Shown here: positions 35,047-36,311 of the stretch, piece by piece
Position numbering within the stretch: position 1 is the first letter of the stretch
Layout: the number at the start of each line of letters is the position of its first letter
Virus record (IMG/VR): IMGVR_UViG_3300008255_000076
Coordinates: 1 to 36,311 of that record
Origin: a virus
Lineage: Duplodnaviria; Caudoviricetes
Length of the DNA: 36,311 bases
Reading direction: 5' to 3' (one strand)
Position numbers and translations under genes: made by a program
Notes under the pieces: generated by a model
The model's input: the letters and a program-made list of their open reading frames with translations, nothing else
What the model was told of the DNA's origin: nothing
Database searches by the model: none

Positions 35047-35370
35047 TTAAGCGAACCGTGGAGGCATAAAGAACGTTGACAGCAAGCCGATACCGAACCC
35101 GAAGCCTGTGTCGCTATCGTCGTCATTACCCTCGTCCTCGTCGTCCTCCTCTGCTTCGTCCCCTCCGAAGTCGTCAGGGTCTCGGTTTGGGTCAAGAACA
35201 GCAATACCTCCGTCAGTATCAAAGCCTTTGTCGTCTGCTCCTTTCCATTCGTCGCTATCAGGGTTCAAATAGGGAAACGGGGACGGTATCATTCCTTGCT
35301 CCTCGGGTGTCTTTGGTATACCACTGTCAACCACTGGTATACCGTTTGTGTTGTCTCGTGGAGTTTCCAT
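35047..35370 (-). CDS. highly acidic small protein with a hydrophobic C-terminus
   Basis: 107 aa, D/E-rich. Confidence 0.65.
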   Translation of the reverse strand: METPRDNTNGIPVVDSGIPKTPEEQGMIPSPFPYLNPDSDEWKGADDKGFDTDGGIAVLDPNRDPDDFGGDEAEEDDEDEGNDDDSDTGFGFGIGLLSTFFMPPRFA

Positions 35371-35371
35371 A

Positions 35372-35986
35372 TTATTTGCCTGATTTCTTAGTAAAGAAGT
35401 TCTTGCCTGCCTTAATGCGTTGTGCCAACTCCGTATCGGTCAAACCTGCATACGGTGTTGTGTCGCGCACCTCAACCTTATCGGTGAGGCGCTTATGCAG
35501 TTTGAGCGCCATTTCAAGAGCCTTGTTGCGGCTTTGGTTGTCAGGCTGAATATAAAATACGAGTTTGCCCGTAGGGATTTCAACCACCTTTTTAACCACA
35601 CAGCCGACCTGCTCCATAAGTTCAAAAATGTCCTCGTCGTCTACCTGCTTTTGAAAGAGCATTGACTGCAACTTCCACGATTGCAACTGTTTTTCGTGTA
35701 TGTCAAGCAACTTACTTTCGGGCATTATGCGGTCAAGCATTTGTTTCCAACTCTCGGTCTTGGTTACTTTGCTCGGGCTGTTCTGTACGGTCTCTGAATA
35801 TCCGCAAGCCTTTAGAGCCTCTTTCATAGAACACCCATTATCTGCCATATACTTAAGCACTCTCTTATGCTTAATCTGCGTAGGCGAAAGCAACGCAGTT
35901 TCTTTTTTCTCTTTTGTTTTAGGCTTCGTTTCAGCAACAGCCTTACTAGCCTTTTTCTTTTTATTACTCTTTGCAGGTGTAGACAT
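35372..35986 (-). CDS. terS: terminase small subunit (putative)
   Basis: HTH-like SMKEALKACGYSET; RNKALEMALKL; C-terminal LTDTELAQRI. Confidence 0.7.
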   Translation of the reverse strand: MSTPAKSNKKKKASKAVAETKPKTKEKKETALLSPTQIKHKRVLKYMADNGCSMKEALKACGYSETVQNSPSKVTKTESWKQMLDRIMPESKLLDIHEKQLQSWKLQSMLFQKQVDDEDIFELMEQVGCVVKKVVEIPTGKLVFYIQPDNQSRNKALEMALKLHKRLTDKVEVRDTTPYAGLTDTELAQRIKAGKNFFTKKSGK

Positions 35987-35999
35987 AGTGATACTACAA

Positions 36000-36047
36000 A
36001 GTATACCTCTACGGCTTGAAAAAGAAAAACCTTATTTGTGTGGATAA
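36000..36047 (-). promoter_or_regulatory. promoter region for the terS operon with TACGGC half-site and DnaA box
   Basis: TATACT (36005-36000); CTCTACGGC 36007-36015; TGTGGATAA 36039-36047. Confidence 0.6.
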
Positions 36048-36067
36048 ACAAAAAGAGCGCCCTTTAA

Positions 36068-36259
36068 TTAAGCGCTCTCTTGCTTCTTTGCTTTATTCGT
36101 TCGGTAGATTGCACACAGAGCCGAGTACACCACCGCTACTCTGTCCCCTCGCGTCCACCTCCCGACTTTCTCTCCCTCCTGTATCGTTACTGCTTTCTCT
36201 GCAAGTTCGTGTAGGTACGCATATACGTCCTCGTCCGTAACTTCAATTTCCTTTTTCAT
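36068..36259 (-). CDS. hypothetical protein (last gene of the early operon across the circular junction)
   Basis: 63 aa; its start corresponds to position 71, overlapping the end of ORF 55..306. Confidence 0.7.
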   Translation of the reverse strand: MKKEIEVTDEDVYAYLHELAEKAVTIQEGEKVGRWTRGDRVAVVYSALCAIYRTNKAKKQESA

Positions 36260-36311
36260 TGGTTTGCCTTAAAGAAAGCCTGCGCGAAGTGTTGAGAGCA
36301 AAGCGACCTGA
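36189..36311. repeat. Terminal direct repeat, right copy
   Basis: Identical to 1-123. Confidence 0.95.

Noticed and set aside
36189-36311. Terminal repeat as a biological DTR or attachment site
   Set aside because: It cuts through coding sequence and has the length of a typical assembler overlap; it is best read as evidence of circularity
1-36311. Stop-codon reassignment, diversity-generating retroelement or lysogeny module
   Set aside because: Code 11 gives full-length, tightly packed genes using TAA, TAG and TGA stops; no reverse transcriptase, TR/VR pair, integrase or repressor was recognised

Overview
This window is very likely a complete, circular ~36.19 kb tailed-phage genome: bases 1-123 recur exactly at 36189-36311. 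Almost all genes are on the minus strand. Read right to left, it carries a small terminase, an accessory block (HU, a divergent peptide deformylase, YopX), large terminase, P22-like portal, scaffold, N4-gp56-type major capsid, short-tail/LamG/fiber genes with an inserted HNH endonuclease, and three large putative ejection proteins. A lysis block follows, with three different cell-wall hydrolases, a holin and an antisense LAGLIDADG endonuclease. The early block holds DUF1064, RecT, a PD-(D/E)XK nuclease fused to an FtsK alpha/beta motor, a replication initiator with an internal origin-like region, and small ORFs. I recognised no integrase, repressor, polymerase, helicase or tape measure, which suggests a podovirus-like phage; a Patescibacteria/CPR-like host is an inference only. 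The most unusual items are: (1) the RecT-linked nuclease-FtsK fusion; (2) three highly structured intergenic RNAs with G-U pairs, two with loop-loop complementarity, one having a loop complementary to several phage 5' leaders; (3) DnaA boxes plus a TACGGC palindrome at promoters; (4) strong avoidance of several 4-bp palindromes. All calls come from reading the sequence by eye; no searches or folding programs were run.
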